In this document: positions 18,758 through 28,847 of the stretch, one piece after another
Layout of the letters: each line of letters starts with the position of its first letter
Numbering within the stretch: position 1 is the stretch's first letter
From: Patescibacteria group bacterium
Lineage (GTDB): Bacteria; Patescibacteriota; Patescibacteriia; UBA9934
Assembly: GCA_041666145.1 (NCBI GenBank)
Contig: JBAYHK010000004.1
Location: 20,542 to 84,541, forward strand
Length of the DNA stretch: 64,000 bases
Direction: 5' to 3'
Notes under the pieces: generated by a model
What the model was told of the DNA's origin: nothing
The model's database searches: none
Seen by the model: only the letters and a program-made list of their open reading frames with translations
Program-made: the position numbers and the translations under genes

Positions 18758-19311
18758 ATTGAAGATGACTCACTTAACGCGGCAAGCAACCGATCGACCT
18801 TCGCATTTATATGAAGCTCTTCATATTCAGGAAGATCTTTTACGCTGTGAAGTCCAAGGAATCGGAGCGCATCACTTGAAAGCGAGTAAACAAACTGTAA
18901 TTTTATCGCATCTTCTTCTTCAAGAATCAACCCTCGCATAAGCAGATTTCGAAGAATTAACGCGCAGTTCACCCCACGAATCGCTTCAATCTCCGGCTTC
19001 GTCATCGGTCCGCGATACGCAATGATCGTGAGCGTTTCGAGTGACGGTCTGGTCAGTTCTGGTTCGATCTCTTCTTTTGCAAGACCAGCAACAACATCGG
19101 CAAACACGGGATTCGATGCAAGCATCACGCCCTCACTACCAACCACGACATGAATGCCAGATTCGTCGATGTTTCGCATCGCGGAGAGATTCGAAATTGC
19201 AGCATCGACTTCCGAAATCTGTGCGTTCAAGAGCTGTGCCAATTGCTTTACCGTCATTGGCTTTGTTGCGACAAAAAGTAGTGCTTCAATTTTTGCAGAT
19301 AGTTCGTTCAT
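18754..19311 (-). CDS. scpB: SMC-Scp complex subunit ScpB
   Basis: IEALLFV, LETLTIIAYRGPMTKPEIEAIRGVN. Confidence 0.95.
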   Translation of the reverse strand: MNELSAKIEALLFVATKPMTVKQLAQLLNAQISEVDAAISNLSAMRNIDESGIHVVVGSEGVMLASNPVFADVVAGLAKEEIEPELTRPSLETLTIIAYRGPMTKPEIEAIRGVNCALILRNLLMRGLILEEEDAIKLQFVYSLSSDALRFLGLHSVKDLPEYEELHINAKVDRLLAALSESSSI

Positions 19312-20021
19312 ACTTGCGTTTCTTCTATTCTTTCAAGATGAATTTCTTCTCCATGTCCTTCTTGTCTTGCAACGATATGTTTGCGACGAAGAAGCTCAAG
19401 CAGTGCCAAAAAGCTTACCACGATCTCTACTTTGCTCCCCGCATTCGCAACAATATCTCTGAACCGAATATTCGCTCGCGTCGCCAAAACAGAGCGCACT
19501 TCTTCCATGCGTTCCTCTACAGATTTCACACGATCCATAGACGTTTCCTGCAACGCAAAAAAAGGTTCGAGTCGCTTAAGTACAACTTTAAACGCATCGA
19601 GTAACGACGCAGCACTGACATTTTTTGCTGGAAGAAAATCTGCAACAGTCTGCTTCTGCTTCACAAACGGTCGAGCATACATTGCGCACGTCACATATCG
19701 CTCCTCAAGTTTCGCGGCAACGGCAATAAACTCTTGATACAACCGCAGCTGATCTTCCAACTTCGCTGCAGCAGCGTCTTCCTCGTCGATTCTTAAATAC
19801 GGCATGAGCTCTCGACTCTTCAAATAAATAAGTCTGGAAGCCACCAATAAGAAATCTGCAAGCTCATTACTCGGCACTTCATGCTCCTTGATATATCGCA
19901 AATATTCGTTCGTAACCTTTGCTAACGACACCTTGGTAATTTCAAGCTTCTGCTCATCAATCAGCTCCAAAAGCAGCCCCAACGGGCCAGAAAATTCCTC
20001 CTGTTCAACCGAAAATGACAT
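19308..20021 (-). CDS. scpA: Segregation/condensation protein ScpA
   Basis: FSGPLGLLLELI, LIYLKSRELMP, VVSFLALLEL. Confidence 0.95.
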   Translation of the reverse strand: MSFSVEQEEFSGPLGLLLELIDEQKLEITKVSLAKVTNEYLRYIKEHEVPSNELADFLLVASRLIYLKSRELMPYLRIDEEDAAAAKLEDQLRLYQEFIAVAAKLEERYVTCAMYARPFVKQKQTVADFLPAKNVSAASLLDAFKVVLKRLEPFFALQETSMDRVKSVEERMEEVRSVLATRANIRFRDIVANAGSKVEIVVSFLALLELLRRKHIVARQEGHGEEIHLERIEETQV

Positions 20022-20112
20022 ATCCGAAAGTGTACACGAGAACTATAAGTTTCCAATAAAGAAAAGCCGCCCAGGAGCCAAGGCGACTCTTCTGGACGAC
20101 TGCGTTGCGTAT

Positions 20113-20604
20113 TCACTCACCATCGAACGACTCGGCATCGAATAGGCCATCATCCACATCCCGGGAAGTGAATTTCGCGACAAGGCCTTCATTTCCAGGG
20201 CCACAAGAAAGCCCAGAAAAAGTTGTCCATTTCACCGGGTCTCCCCCATCGAGTCCACGTGGTACTAATACTTCTATTTCGATTTCACCATCAGGAAGAA
20301 TACCGATGTATGGCGTGTCTCCGATGTACTTATGGTTTACCAGAATAGGAGTATTGATAGGCTGTCCATCAAGCGTCGCAGTAATACTCGTGAGACTGCT
20401 GAGGTACAGACCCCCGAGAACGAAAACCGCCATCAATGCGTAGAGCGGCGCCCAAAAAAGGAGCCAATGGCACACGCTACGAGCCATCCGAGAAAAAAGG
20501 TTCGGGCTCTCATCGCTAGACCCTTTCGACGTCTCGGCCTCGGAAGAAACTGGAACGACGCTTCTAAGAGCGGGAGGTCTTGGTGGATTGTGAGTACTCG
20601 ACAT
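20113..20604 (-). CDS. ORFan membrane protein with PEGA-like segment (SD-led cassette)
   Basis: One TM then ILVNHKYIGDTP; SD GAGGTGA; own promoter near 20709-20738; terminator near 20060-20100. Confidence 0.7.
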   Translation of the reverse strand: MSSTHNPPRPPALRSVVPVSSEAETSKGSSDESPNLFSRMARSVCHWLLFWAPLYALMAVFVLGGLYLSSLTSITATLDGQPINTPILVNHKYIGDTPYIGILPDGEIEIEVLVPRGLDGGDPVKWTTFSGLSCGPGNEGLVAKFTSRDVDDGLFDAESFDGE

Positions 20605-20819
20605 GATTCACCTCGCAAAGGGCGGGATGCCCGTCGATTCGCACGATGAAATCATGCAGATTGACGGGATTCGGTCCGAAGGTTTCAGGTGAAGAAAAGT
20701 GACGACTGATCGTAACAAGACAGTCAGCCAACTGTCAATCATAAAATAGCAAAAATCCTTACAAAAAACACAAAACGCCCAGAAGGGCGCCTTGTGAACT
20801 TGTGTTGTTTAGATACAAA

Positions 20820-22133
20820 TTACGGCCTTAGTCGCTGCACATCTCGCGGGAAGATTGTTGCCTCTTTTACGTTTGCAAGACTAAGGATGTTTTGTGTTAA
20901 ACGCTGTAGGCCAATGGCAAATCCGCCTTCTGGTGGAATGCCGTATTTGTGCATCATGAGATAGTCTTCAAAGTCTGCTGGATTTAAACCTTTGTCGATG
21001 ATGCGCTGCATCTGCTCGTCGTACCGATTAATGCGCATACCACCGGAAGTAATCTCACTGCCAAATCCAATAACGTCGAAGGTTAATGTATTCTCCGGAT
21101 TTGATGGATCGACCTTTGCATAAAACGGTCGCTTTGACGGTGGCCAGTCTGTTACAAAAACAAATCCGCAGTTGAAATACTTCACCGACCACACTGTCGA
21201 CAGCCAACGCTCTGCCGCAGGCGAAAGATCTGGCTCGCCAGTCTCATCCACTCCCCCTTCATCTCTGTACGCCTCAAGTGCCTGCTTGAGCGAAATACGT
21301 GGAAACTTTTCTCCAAGTGGCGGCAATGTTGTTTCAAGCAGTTTCAATTCAACTGCACATTCTTTCTCGACCGTCGCGAGCATTTCTCGAATTGCGCGCT
21401 CTTCAACGTCCATGACTTCGCTCATATCTGTCACAAAACCCATTTCGAATTCAAGTTGATTGAACTCAGTTAAGTGACGAGATGTTGCAAACTTTTCTGC
21501 ACGGAAAGAATACGAAACGCCGTAAACGCCCTCATAAACTCCCATCGTTATCTGCTTGTAAAGCTGCGCCGACTGAGTAAGCGTTGCTTCGCGGCCGTAA
21601 TAGTCAACCTTGAAAAACTCCGCGCCACCTTCGCTTGCGGCTCCGGCAAGAACTGGGAAAAAGATTTCTGTGAATCCTTGCTTCTCCATGAATGCTCGAT
21701 ATCCATGAACAAGCGCAGCTTGAACTCGAAAGATTGCACGCTGTTTTGGATGGCGAAGGGTAATCACGCGATGATCAAGAAGTGTATCGAGATTGACATC
21801 GAGAACTGGCTTCCCGATTTCGACTGGCACAACGTCAACAACTGGTGACAGAATCTCCAGTGATTCAACCTGCATTTCGACTTCTTTTATTGCAGGGTCT
21901 TTACTCTTCTTTTCCACAATCTTTCCCGTTACCGAAAGCACTGTTTCAACTTGAAGTCCCTTAAGCTGCTCAAGGTGCTCAGCAGAAAGCACAGTCTGCG
22001 CAAGGCCAGAACGATCACGAATAATCGCGAATCCAAACTTACTCATGTCACGAAGTGCGTTCAGCCAACCAGCAATAGTCACTGTTTCACCGAGTTTCTG
22101 TGGAAGGTCTTGAATGAGTGTGCGGTTGTTCAT
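20820..22133 (-). CDS. aspS: Aspartate--tRNA(Asn) ligase, archaeal-type, probably non-discriminating
   Basis: 437 aa without GAD insert; QSAQLYKQ, FRAEK..RHLTEF, GIPPEGGFAIGLQRL, FPRD. Confidence 0.9.
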   Translation of the reverse strand: MNNRTLIQDLPQKLGETVTIAGWLNALRDMSKFGFAIIRDRSGLAQTVLSAEHLEQLKGLQVETVLSVTGKIVEKKSKDPAIKEVEMQVESLEILSPVVDVVPVEIGKPVLDVNLDTLLDHRVITLRHPKQRAIFRVQAALVHGYRAFMEKQGFTEIFFPVLAGAASEGGAEFFKVDYYGREATLTQSAQLYKQITMGVYEGVYGVSYSFRAEKFATSRHLTEFNQLEFEMGFVTDMSEVMDVEERAIREMLATVEKECAVELKLLETTLPPLGEKFPRISLKQALEAYRDEGGVDETGEPDLSPAAERWLSTVWSVKYFNCGFVFVTDWPPSKRPFYAKVDPSNPENTLTFDVIGFGSEITSGGMRINRYDEQMQRIIDKGLNPADFEDYLMMHKYGIPPEGGFAIGLQRLTQNILSLANVKEATIFPRDVQRLRP

Positions 22134-22147
22134 AGAGTTTGAAGCTT

Positions 22148-22176
22148 ATAGGTCCTATAGGTCTAATAGGACCTAT
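22148..22176. repeat. Nonamer repeat in asnS-aspS spacer
   Basis: ATAGGTCCT ATAGGTCTA ATAGGACCT AT. Confidence 0.8.
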
Positions 22177-23474
22177 TACGGAGTCGAACGGTTCAGCATG
22201 CGTGGAAATGCAATGGTTTCGCGAATGTGATGCACGCCGGTAATCCAGCGCACGGTTCGCTCAAGGCCGATACCAAAGCCGCTGTGTGGAACGCTACCGT
22301 ACTTTCGCGTGTTCAAGTACCACTCATACTCTGCCAACGGATAGCCCCGATCAACAATCTCTTGCTTCAACACTTCGTATTCTTCTTCACGCTGACTCCC
22401 TCCGATAATCTCACGCCCTTCTTCTGGCGCAATCAAGTCCGCACAACACGCTCGAACCACACCAGCATCGTCAGTAAATCGCTTCATGTAGAACGCTTTT
22501 ACTGCTGCGGGATAATCTGTAATGAATACTGGAAGTTTGTATTTCTCCCCAAGGAAAATCTCTTCTTCTGTTGACATGTCGTCGAGCATATCGACAGTCA
22601 ATCCGTCTTGAGTAAGTTCCGCTTTTACTTCTGCGTGCGTGCGTCGAACAAATGGCTCGTCAACAAGTCGCTGTAAAAGTGACGTATCTCGCTCGAGAAT
22701 TGCGAGTTCGTCTTTGCAATGCTCAAGAACATCTTTCACGATTCGCTTCACCATCTTCTCCTGCACATCCATGTTCATCGTCTGGTCGTAATACGCCATT
22801 TCTGCATCCATCATCCACAACTCAGAAAGGTGATGACGTGTTTTGCTTTTTTCTGCGCGAAACACCGGACCAAAGTCGTAAACTTTTCCAAAGCTCATCA
22901 CACCAGCCTCGCTATACAACTGACCAGACTGCGAAAGGTACATTGGCGAACCGTAGTAATCGACAGTAAAAAGCTCAGTAGTATCTTCGCAACTCGTTGG
23001 CTGCAAAATTGGCGCATCAAACCGAACAAATCCTTCCTCATGAAAGAACTGTTCGATGCTGAAAAAGACTCGATCGCGAATACGAAGCACTGCCCAAGGC
23101 GTTTGCGAGCGAAGGTAGAGATCGCGATTGTCGAAAAGAAATTCTGGACCATGCTCTTTCTTTGCGATTGGATAATCTTCCGGCGCAAGATGCACAAGCT
23201 GAAATCCAGTTCCTTGAATCTCAAATCCTGACGGTGACCTTGGCTCCGCCTTCACGATTCCTTTTACAATCACCGATGACTCAATACGAACTGTCTGCAA
23301 AACTTCCCACGCGTCATCACCAACATCCTGCGGCGTATACACAACCTGAACACGTCCAGATCCATCTCTGAACTGAAGAAAATAAATCTTTCCACTTGAA
23401 CGAAAGTTGTACGCCCAACCCTTAAGCTCAACCTCCTGCCCGATCATTTCTGAAAGTTGCGATATGTATGTCAT
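22176..23474 (-). CDS. asnS: Asparagine--tRNA ligase
   Basis: YLSQSGQLY, FRAEKSKTRHHLSE, EIIGGSQREE, YGSVPHSGFGIGLER. Confidence 0.95.
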   Translation of the reverse strand: MTYISQLSEMIGQEVELKGWAYNFRSSGKIYFLQFRDGSGRVQVVYTPQDVGDDAWEVLQTVRIESSVIVKGIVKAEPRSPSGFEIQGTGFQLVHLAPEDYPIAKKEHGPEFLFDNRDLYLRSQTPWAVLRIRDRVFFSIEQFFHEEGFVRFDAPILQPTSCEDTTELFTVDYYGSPMYLSQSGQLYSEAGVMSFGKVYDFGPVFRAEKSKTRHHLSELWMMDAEMAYYDQTMNMDVQEKMVKRIVKDVLEHCKDELAILERDTSLLQRLVDEPFVRRTHAEVKAELTQDGLTVDMLDDMSTEEEIFLGEKYKLPVFITDYPAAVKAFYMKRFTDDAGVVRACCADLIAPEEGREIIGGSQREEEYEVLKQEIVDRGYPLAEYEWYLNTRKYGSVPHSGFGIGLERTVRWITGVHHIRETIAFPRMLNRSTP

Positions 23475-23690
23475 AAAATAAAATTCGCCCGTACAACATC
23501 ACGACCAAATAGTCATGAAGCTGTACGGGCGAATATTCTTCGCGGTGCCACCGTACTTTGATCTCATTCTTCGCAATAACGGGCGAAACCCGCGAGGTTC
23601 TACTGTCCCTCCGTAGCTCCGAAGGAGTAAACGGGGAGGATTTCTTCCTCGAGCTTGGCGGTGTTCAAGTCGCCTCAAACGCTCGTGATA
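23475..23690 (-). promoter_or_regulatory. T-box riboswitch (Asn, AAC specifier) with intrinsic terminator
   Basis: GTACGGTGGCACCGCG T-box at 23541-23556; AGTA and CCCGTTA Stem II/IIA-B motifs; terminator arms 23522-23534 and 23483-23495 plus U tract. Confidence 0.88.
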
Positions 23691-23857
23691 GCGACTATAG
23701 CACAAAGATTCTTTGGCGCAAATTCGAACGCGTGGCATGAAAGAAAGATGTTTGTTGCGAGAAAAATCGAACGAATCAATAGTTCGATCTGGCTTTTTCT
23801 CGCCAAAAATGCTATCATTTCCCGTCCGCTGTGTTCCTCAAACCCCAGGAGTTCTCA

Positions 23858-24418
23858 ATGGAATCAACCGTGATCGATGCCCTACGGTCCCTTCTTTGCC
23901 GGCGCCTCGGTATCCCAGTTCCCTACTCCAAACTCTTCGGAGAATCAGAGTTGGGAAACTGCCGCGGAGAAGTAGTGGAAGGAGACGCGCTTGCTCCCCC
24001 GACGAATGTTCCAGACTGGTCCAGATGGCTCAATCTTCTTCACTGGGCATGGCTTGCCATGTTTATGTGGAAGAAGTACGCCATCTTCCAGGTGTGTGAC
24101 GGCTCTGACCCATACCGCGTCATGTTCCGTACGGATGTTCACCACAATCATCGCGATCCCCACGCCTGGACGGTCATGCCGCAAAGGATCCGTACAAGAT
24201 TCGTGGCAATGAAAATCGGTCATGAGCCAGTCGAATTCGCAATGATCGATCAGCGCGGAACCCTCATCTTCGCGTGGCTCAAGGAATGTATCTTTGGAAA
24301 ACGTGCGGTTCTTGACATGATTCGGCGCTATATCACCATAGAGCTCACGAGAGCTGAGAGCATTGGCGACCTCGGCAGGGTCATCGTCAAACCCAGCCGC
24401 TACCTCACGATCCTCTAG
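23858..24418 (+). CDS. ORFan hypothetical protein (SD-led cassette)
   Basis: AGGAG SD, TGGCTT-17-TATCAT promoter, hairpin at 24431-24455. Confidence 0.7.
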   Translation: MESTVIDALRSLLCRRLGIPVPYSKLFGESELGNCRGEVVEGDALAPPTNVPDWSRWLNLLHWAWLAMFMWKKYAIFQVCDGSDPYRVMFRTDVHHNHRDPHAWTVMPQRIRTRFVAMKIGHEPVEFAMIDQRGTLIFAWLKECIFGKRAVLDMIRRYITIELTRAESIGDLGRVIVKPSRYLTIL

Positions 24419-24480
24419 TTCTTCCTACGAAACGCCTCGGCTATGCCGGGGCGTTGATGTTTGTGAGTGAAAAACTAATA

Positions 24481-25266
24481 TCAAACTTGAGCAGTAATCT
24501 GCGTTCCTGTCCAAAACGGCATGCTTAGTTCGCCTGGAACGTGATAAACGTAAACGTCATGAACGCATTGCGCGAATTGTTCAACGTGATCGCCTTTGAG
24601 AGGAAACTTCATTAAATCAATGAGAGGCGCGTCGCGACCAAGGCGCATAAGAGTCACAATCTCTTCGTCGATAGGACGCGCTGCGAACCAGTCTTCTCGT
24701 TTCGTTGTAACGCAATCGGTGCACACCAGTCCCCCACGTCCGCCATGCCAACGAAATGCGAGGGGCATGACTGGTTTTCGGCATGAAAGACAGTCATGAA
24801 TTTCGACGTCGTAACCAAGATGACGAAGAATGCGAAGGGTCATTGCGCCGAGAATGAACGTGCTTCGCGTTTGCGGAAGAGATTCTTGAGCGTCTAAAAA
24901 ACGTACCGCTGCAACAATTTCTTCAAAAAGTTCTGGATCTGCTAAGTCTGGCCGAATTGCTTTTTCAAGCATGGAAAAAAGTGTTTGTGCGAACAGTCGA
25001 TGCTCGAGAGTATTTCGAACATTCTGAAAAGCTTCAGTTCGCTCTACACCAATAATCGTCGTCGATCTTGCGCCTTTTACAATCTCAAGATTCACCAAAG
25101 CAAAAGGCTCTAAATGTGCTGCAAGCTTTGCTCTCGGCTTCTGCGCCCCCCTCCCAACACAATCAATCTTTCCGTACTCTGGCGTCAAAATATTGTATCG
25201 ACGGTCTGCCTCACGCCACGGAGAAGTCGTAAGAACAAGTCCAGTGGTTTTTACGCTCGACCACAT
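24481..25266 (-). CDS. recO: DNA repair protein RecO
   Basis: WREADRRYNILTPEYGKI..RGAQKPRAKL; CxxC...CxxC Zn finger. Confidence 0.92.
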   Translation of the reverse strand: MWSSVKTTGLVLTTSPWREADRRYNILTPEYGKIDCVGRGAQKPRAKLAAHLEPFALVNLEIVKGARSTTIIGVERTEAFQNVRNTLEHRLFAQTLFSMLEKAIRPDLADPELFEEIVAAVRFLDAQESLPQTRSTFILGAMTLRILRHLGYDVEIHDCLSCRKPVMPLAFRWHGGRGGLVCTDCVTTKREDWFAARPIDEEIVTLMRLGRDAPLIDLMKFPLKGDHVEQFAQCVHDVYVYHVPGELSMPFWTGTQITAQV

Positions 25267-25269
25267 AAC

Positions 25270-25695
25270 TCACTCTTCCCTTCGCTTTGCAGTTTCAATA
25301 GTGAGATCACGATCACCATCAAGAAATGCCTGAAGAATGATGGTTGCCGCTAAGGCGTCTTCGGCCATGTCATTTCCGTATTCTATTTGCAATCGTCGTG
25401 CTTCTGCAGAAGAAAATTGTTCGTCGACGACGTAAATTGGCATTGACGATGCAGTGCCAAGATCACGAGCGAATTGCTTCGTCATCTCAAGCTGTTCTTC
25501 AGTTTGATGCGCGTCTGGGATTGGAAGTCCAACAACGAATGCTTCAGCACCTTCAAATTTCGCACGCGCAAGAATCGACGCGATCGAACTTGTTCCCCCT
25601 TCAATGTTCCCCATTGGAAAAGCCAAATTCGTTTCATCGTCACCCAAGGCGAGCCCAATCTTTTTTAATCCAAAATCAACTCCAAGGTATCTCAT
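25270..25695 (-). CDS. ruvX: YqgF/RuvX family nuclease
   Basis: YLGVDFGLKKIGLA, VVGLP, VDEQFSS, DALAATIILQ. Confidence 0.93.
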   Translation of the reverse strand: MRYLGVDFGLKKIGLALGDDETNLAFPMGNIEGGTSSIASILARAKFEGAEAFVVGLPIPDAHQTEEQLEMTKQFARDLGTASSMPIYVVDEQFSSAEARRLQIEYGNDMAEDALAATIILQAFLDGDRDLTIETAKRREE

Positions 25696-25696
25696 A

Positions 25697-26128
25697 TTAA
25701 GGACCGATTACATTCGCGCGAACACTTGCGCCTCCGTTCGTCACCGGCATGTCTTCAGTGACAACAAAACGTTCATCTCCATTATCTGCATGAAGCAGTG
25801 CGATATACGTCAATCCAGTGGTCATCGGCTGCGAAAGCATGACCTTTACCGAAACGTCTTCGCCGGCTTCAATATATCCAGACACTCCAATGATCGGTCC
25901 TGGCGCCTCACCGATTGATTCGTGAACGGTTATGTAACCCGGCTTTATCAATGTTGCGATTGTATCGACTTCAGCACCATTCACTACAGTCGCTGTAATC
26001 TTGCTTCCGGTAAGTTCAACTGGACCGTATGAAAGCTCTGGCCCATTCGGCGCAAATAAAAAGAACGCTCCGATTGCAACCAGACCGATCAGTAGCATGG
26101 CTCCGCCGATGACATCGTCTCTTTTCAT
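25697..26128 (-). CDS. Membrane-anchored beta-rich hypothetical protein (DUF7282-like)
   Basis: N-terminal TM; GYITVHE..PGPIIGVS..YIALLHADNGD. Confidence 0.65.
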   Translation of the reverse strand: MKRDDVIGGAMLLIGLVAIGAFFLFAPNGPELSYGPVELTGSKITATVVNGAEVDTIATLIKPGYITVHESIGEAPGPIIGVSGYIEAGEDVSVKVMLSQPMTTGLTYIALLHADNGDERFVVTEDMPVTNGGASVRANVIGP

Positions 26129-26133
26129 ATTCT

Positions 26134-26925
26134 TTACAAAGTAACGCCTGGAACTTTTGGAACTGGCGTTAAAATTTCCGGTCCTTCTGGCAGCGCAACA
26201 ATCGTTACCTCAAAATGCGCAGAGTCACTTCCATCTGCAGTAACAATCGTCCATTCATCTTCTGCAACTTCAACCTCATGCGTTCCAAGCGTCACCATTG
26301 GCTCAATTGCTAAACACATACCCTCTTCAATCACGACTGCAGGGAAATGTTTGTCTCGATAATTCGGAATATTCGGCGACTCATGAACGCTATGACCGAC
26401 ACCATGACCAACAAGCGACCTTACAATTCCATATTTTTTCGGAGGAATACTGTCTTCAACTGCAGCGCCGATATCGAGCACCGTGTTTCCGATTGTCACA
26501 ACCTCGACTCCAGCCATTAACGACTCGTACGTGACGCGAAGCAGATTCATTCTCACTTCTGAAACCTGTCCGACCGGCACTGAGACGGCCATGTCTGTAC
26601 ACATACCGTCAAACCAACAGCCAACATCCAAACTCACAATGTCGCCAGCTTCGAGAACAATATCGCGTGAACCAATACCGTGAACGACCTCATCATTTTT
26701 CGAAATACAAACCGTTGATGGGAATGGTCGTTTGCCACCGCCGGTGTATCCAAGAAATGACGGGGTACCGCCTCCGGCTTCTATAACGCTCCGAGCAGCA
26801 TCATCAAGCTCGCGCATGGTAACGCCTGGCTTCACCGCATCAACCGCAGCTTGAAGTGCATTTGAAAGTAATATGCCACCTTTACGCATGCTTTCAATTT
26901 CTTTTGCATTTTTTATCTTTGCCAT
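26134..26925 (-). CDS. map: Methionine aminopeptidase type I
   Basis: NDEVVHGI, DVG..D, GHGVGHSVHE, AIEPMV, SAHFEVT. Confidence 0.96.
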   Translation of the reverse strand: MAKIKNAKEIESMRKGGILLSNALQAAVDAVKPGVTMRELDDAARSVIEAGGGTPSFLGYTGGGKRPFPSTVCISKNDEVVHGIGSRDIVLEAGDIVSLDVGCWFDGMCTDMAVSVPVGQVSEVRMNLLRVTYESLMAGVEVVTIGNTVLDIGAAVEDSIPPKKYGIVRSLVGHGVGHSVHESPNIPNYRDKHFPAVVIEEGMCLAIEPMVTLGTHEVEVAEDEWTIVTADGSDSAHFEVTIVALPEGPEILTPVPKVPGVTL

Positions 26926-26933
26926 ACTTTTTC

Positions 26934-27497
26934 TTAGCAACCCCCTTCTTTTGTACAAATATTGTAAATTCTATCTGCAACTTCCTCGATAGTACCCATG
27001 CCGTCGATGTCGCGAACAAGTCCTTGTTCGCGATAATGATCGATCATCGGATCTGTCACTTTGTAATACAAATCTAAACGATGCTGAATAACGTCCGGAG
27101 TGTCATCTATTCGATGCTCAGTACGAGCTCGATTCACAATCCGTGCAATCGACTCTTCTCGTGGAACATGAATAACGACCACAGCAGTTGGAACATCATG
27201 CGCTGCGTATGCGTCGTACTGATCTTGATTCCGAGGAAATCCATCAAGAATATATCCGCTGGTCGCATCTGGTTGCTCAAGACGCTGGCGAAGAACTTCT
27301 ACAACAATTGATCCAGGAACCAAGTCGCCACGTTCCTGAACGGCACGAATTCGCTCGGCAAGATCATCTATTCCTACGGCCGCGTCACGAAGAATCTGGC
27401 CCATAGAAAGAGCAGGAATTCCCAGTCTTTCACTCAAAATCGCCGCCTGTGTTCCCTTCCCGCACCCCTGTGGACCTAAGAGAAAAATGCGATGCAT
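26934..27497 (-). CDS. adk: Adenylate kinase (short LID)
   Basis: GPQGCGKGTQ, ILDGFPRN, RIDD. Confidence 0.93.
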   Translation of the reverse strand: MHRIFLLGPQGCGKGTQAAILSERLGIPALSMGQILRDAAVGIDDLAERIRAVQERGDLVPGSIVVEVLRQRLEQPDATSGYILDGFPRNQDQYDAYAAHDVPTAVVVIHVPREESIARIVNRARTEHRIDDTPDVIQHRLDLYYKVTDPMIDHYREQGLVRDIDGMGTIEEVADRIYNICTKEGGC

Positions 27498-27576
27498 ACG
27501 CGAAGAATACTACAACCTCCGGCCGCTTTATGCGAGTCCGGAGGTTGGAGAAATCTCACAAAAACCTATGTCGTTT

Positions 27577-28833
27577 TTACACATCGTACGAACGCATCGA
27601 AAGCTGAGACTGAACCTGTTTCACGATGTCGATAACAACGGAAACAACGATAATGATAGAGGATCCACCAACACTCAAACTCTGATTTCCGGTAATTCCT
27701 TGGACGATGTTCGGGAGTATCGCAATAAGACTAAGGAAGAACGCACCAGAAAGGAGCATGCGATTCATGATCCATTGCAGATACTTTGTTGTTTGCTCAC
27801 CAGGACGAACACCGGGAATAAATCCTCCCTGCTTCTGCAAATTCTCTGCAATCTGCTCTGGACGGAAAACGATCGAGGCGTAAAAGAACGTAAAGGCAAA
27901 AACAAGAGCAAAGTATAAGACTGCGTAAAAAACATTGTTCTGGAATGTAACAATCACCCACTGCGCAATGTTCTGAACAACCTCTGTTCTTGCCTGAGCA
28001 AAAAACTGCGCCAAAAGCGGAGGAAGGGCAACAATGGAAAGAGCAAAGATGATCGGAATCATGCCTCCAATATTCAAACGAAGCGGCAATGATGATTGCA
28101 CTTTTCCAGACATCTGTGACCCTCCACGGGCATATTGCACAGGGATATTTCGCTGACCCTCAGAAACAACCACAACGCCAACGATCGTCACTACAGTCAA
28201 AACGGCGAACAAGATCATGTTCAGCATGTCTGCCGAAGTGTATGTCGCTAATGCCTGAGCTACTGCACTTGGCAAACCAGCCATGATACCTGCAAAAATC
28301 AACAAAGAAATACCATTTCCCATTTTTCGCTCTGTTGCCAATTCACCAAGCCACATCAAAAAGACTGTGCCGGCTGCCATACAAACCATCGCAAGAATGA
28401 ACGTCCATCCATCAAGAACAATCCCAGTTGTTGACTTTGCTTCTAACAATTTAAGAACACCGAATCCTTGCAAGAAGGCGAGCGGAACTGTGGCAATGCG
28501 TGTATAGCGATTTATTGTCTGGCGACCCTGCTCTTCCTTCTGCATCTCTTCAATGCTTGGAAAAATCATGCCAAGCAACTGGAAAATAATCGACGCGGTA
28601 ATATACGGAGAAACACCCAACGCAACAAGTGAAAAATTGTTGAGCGTGCCTCCGGAAAACATGTTCAAAAGACCAAGAAACTGGTTCCCAGCTAATAACG
28701 ACGACAATGCTGACGCATCAATACCAGGAACAGGAACGTGTGCCGCAATGCGGAACACGACAATGACGAACACGAGAAATAAGAGCGCATTGCGAATTTC
28801 TGGAGTGCGAAAGATGCGTTTCAAGGTTTCCAT
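27577..28833 (-). CDS. secY: Preprotein translocase SecY
   Basis: LGVSPYITASII, GNGISLLIFAGI, GGFIPGVRPG. Confidence 0.97.
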   Translation of the reverse strand: METLKRIFRTPEIRNALLFLVFVIVVFRIAAHVPVPGIDASALSSLLAGNQFLGLLNMFSGGTLNNFSLVALGVSPYITASIIFQLLGMIFPSIEEMQKEEQGRQTINRYTRIATVPLAFLQGFGVLKLLEAKSTTGIVLDGWTFILAMVCMAAGTVFLMWLGELATERKMGNGISLLIFAGIMAGLPSAVAQALATYTSADMLNMILFAVLTVVTIVGVVVVSEGQRNIPVQYARGGSQMSGKVQSSLPLRLNIGGMIPIIFALSIVALPPLLAQFFAQARTEVVQNIAQWVIVTFQNNVFYAVLYFALVFAFTFFYASIVFRPEQIAENLQKQGGFIPGVRPGEQTTKYLQWIMNRMLLSGAFFLSLIAILPNIVQGITGNQSLSVGGSSIIIVVSVVIDIVKQVQSQLSMRSYDV

Positions 28834-28847
28834 ACTTTTTGAAGAAG

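Noticed and set aside
24481-24483. Alternative genetic code 25 (UGA=Gly)
   Set aside because: TGA ends recO, scpA and scpB at expected lengths, and core genes are uninterrupted under code 11
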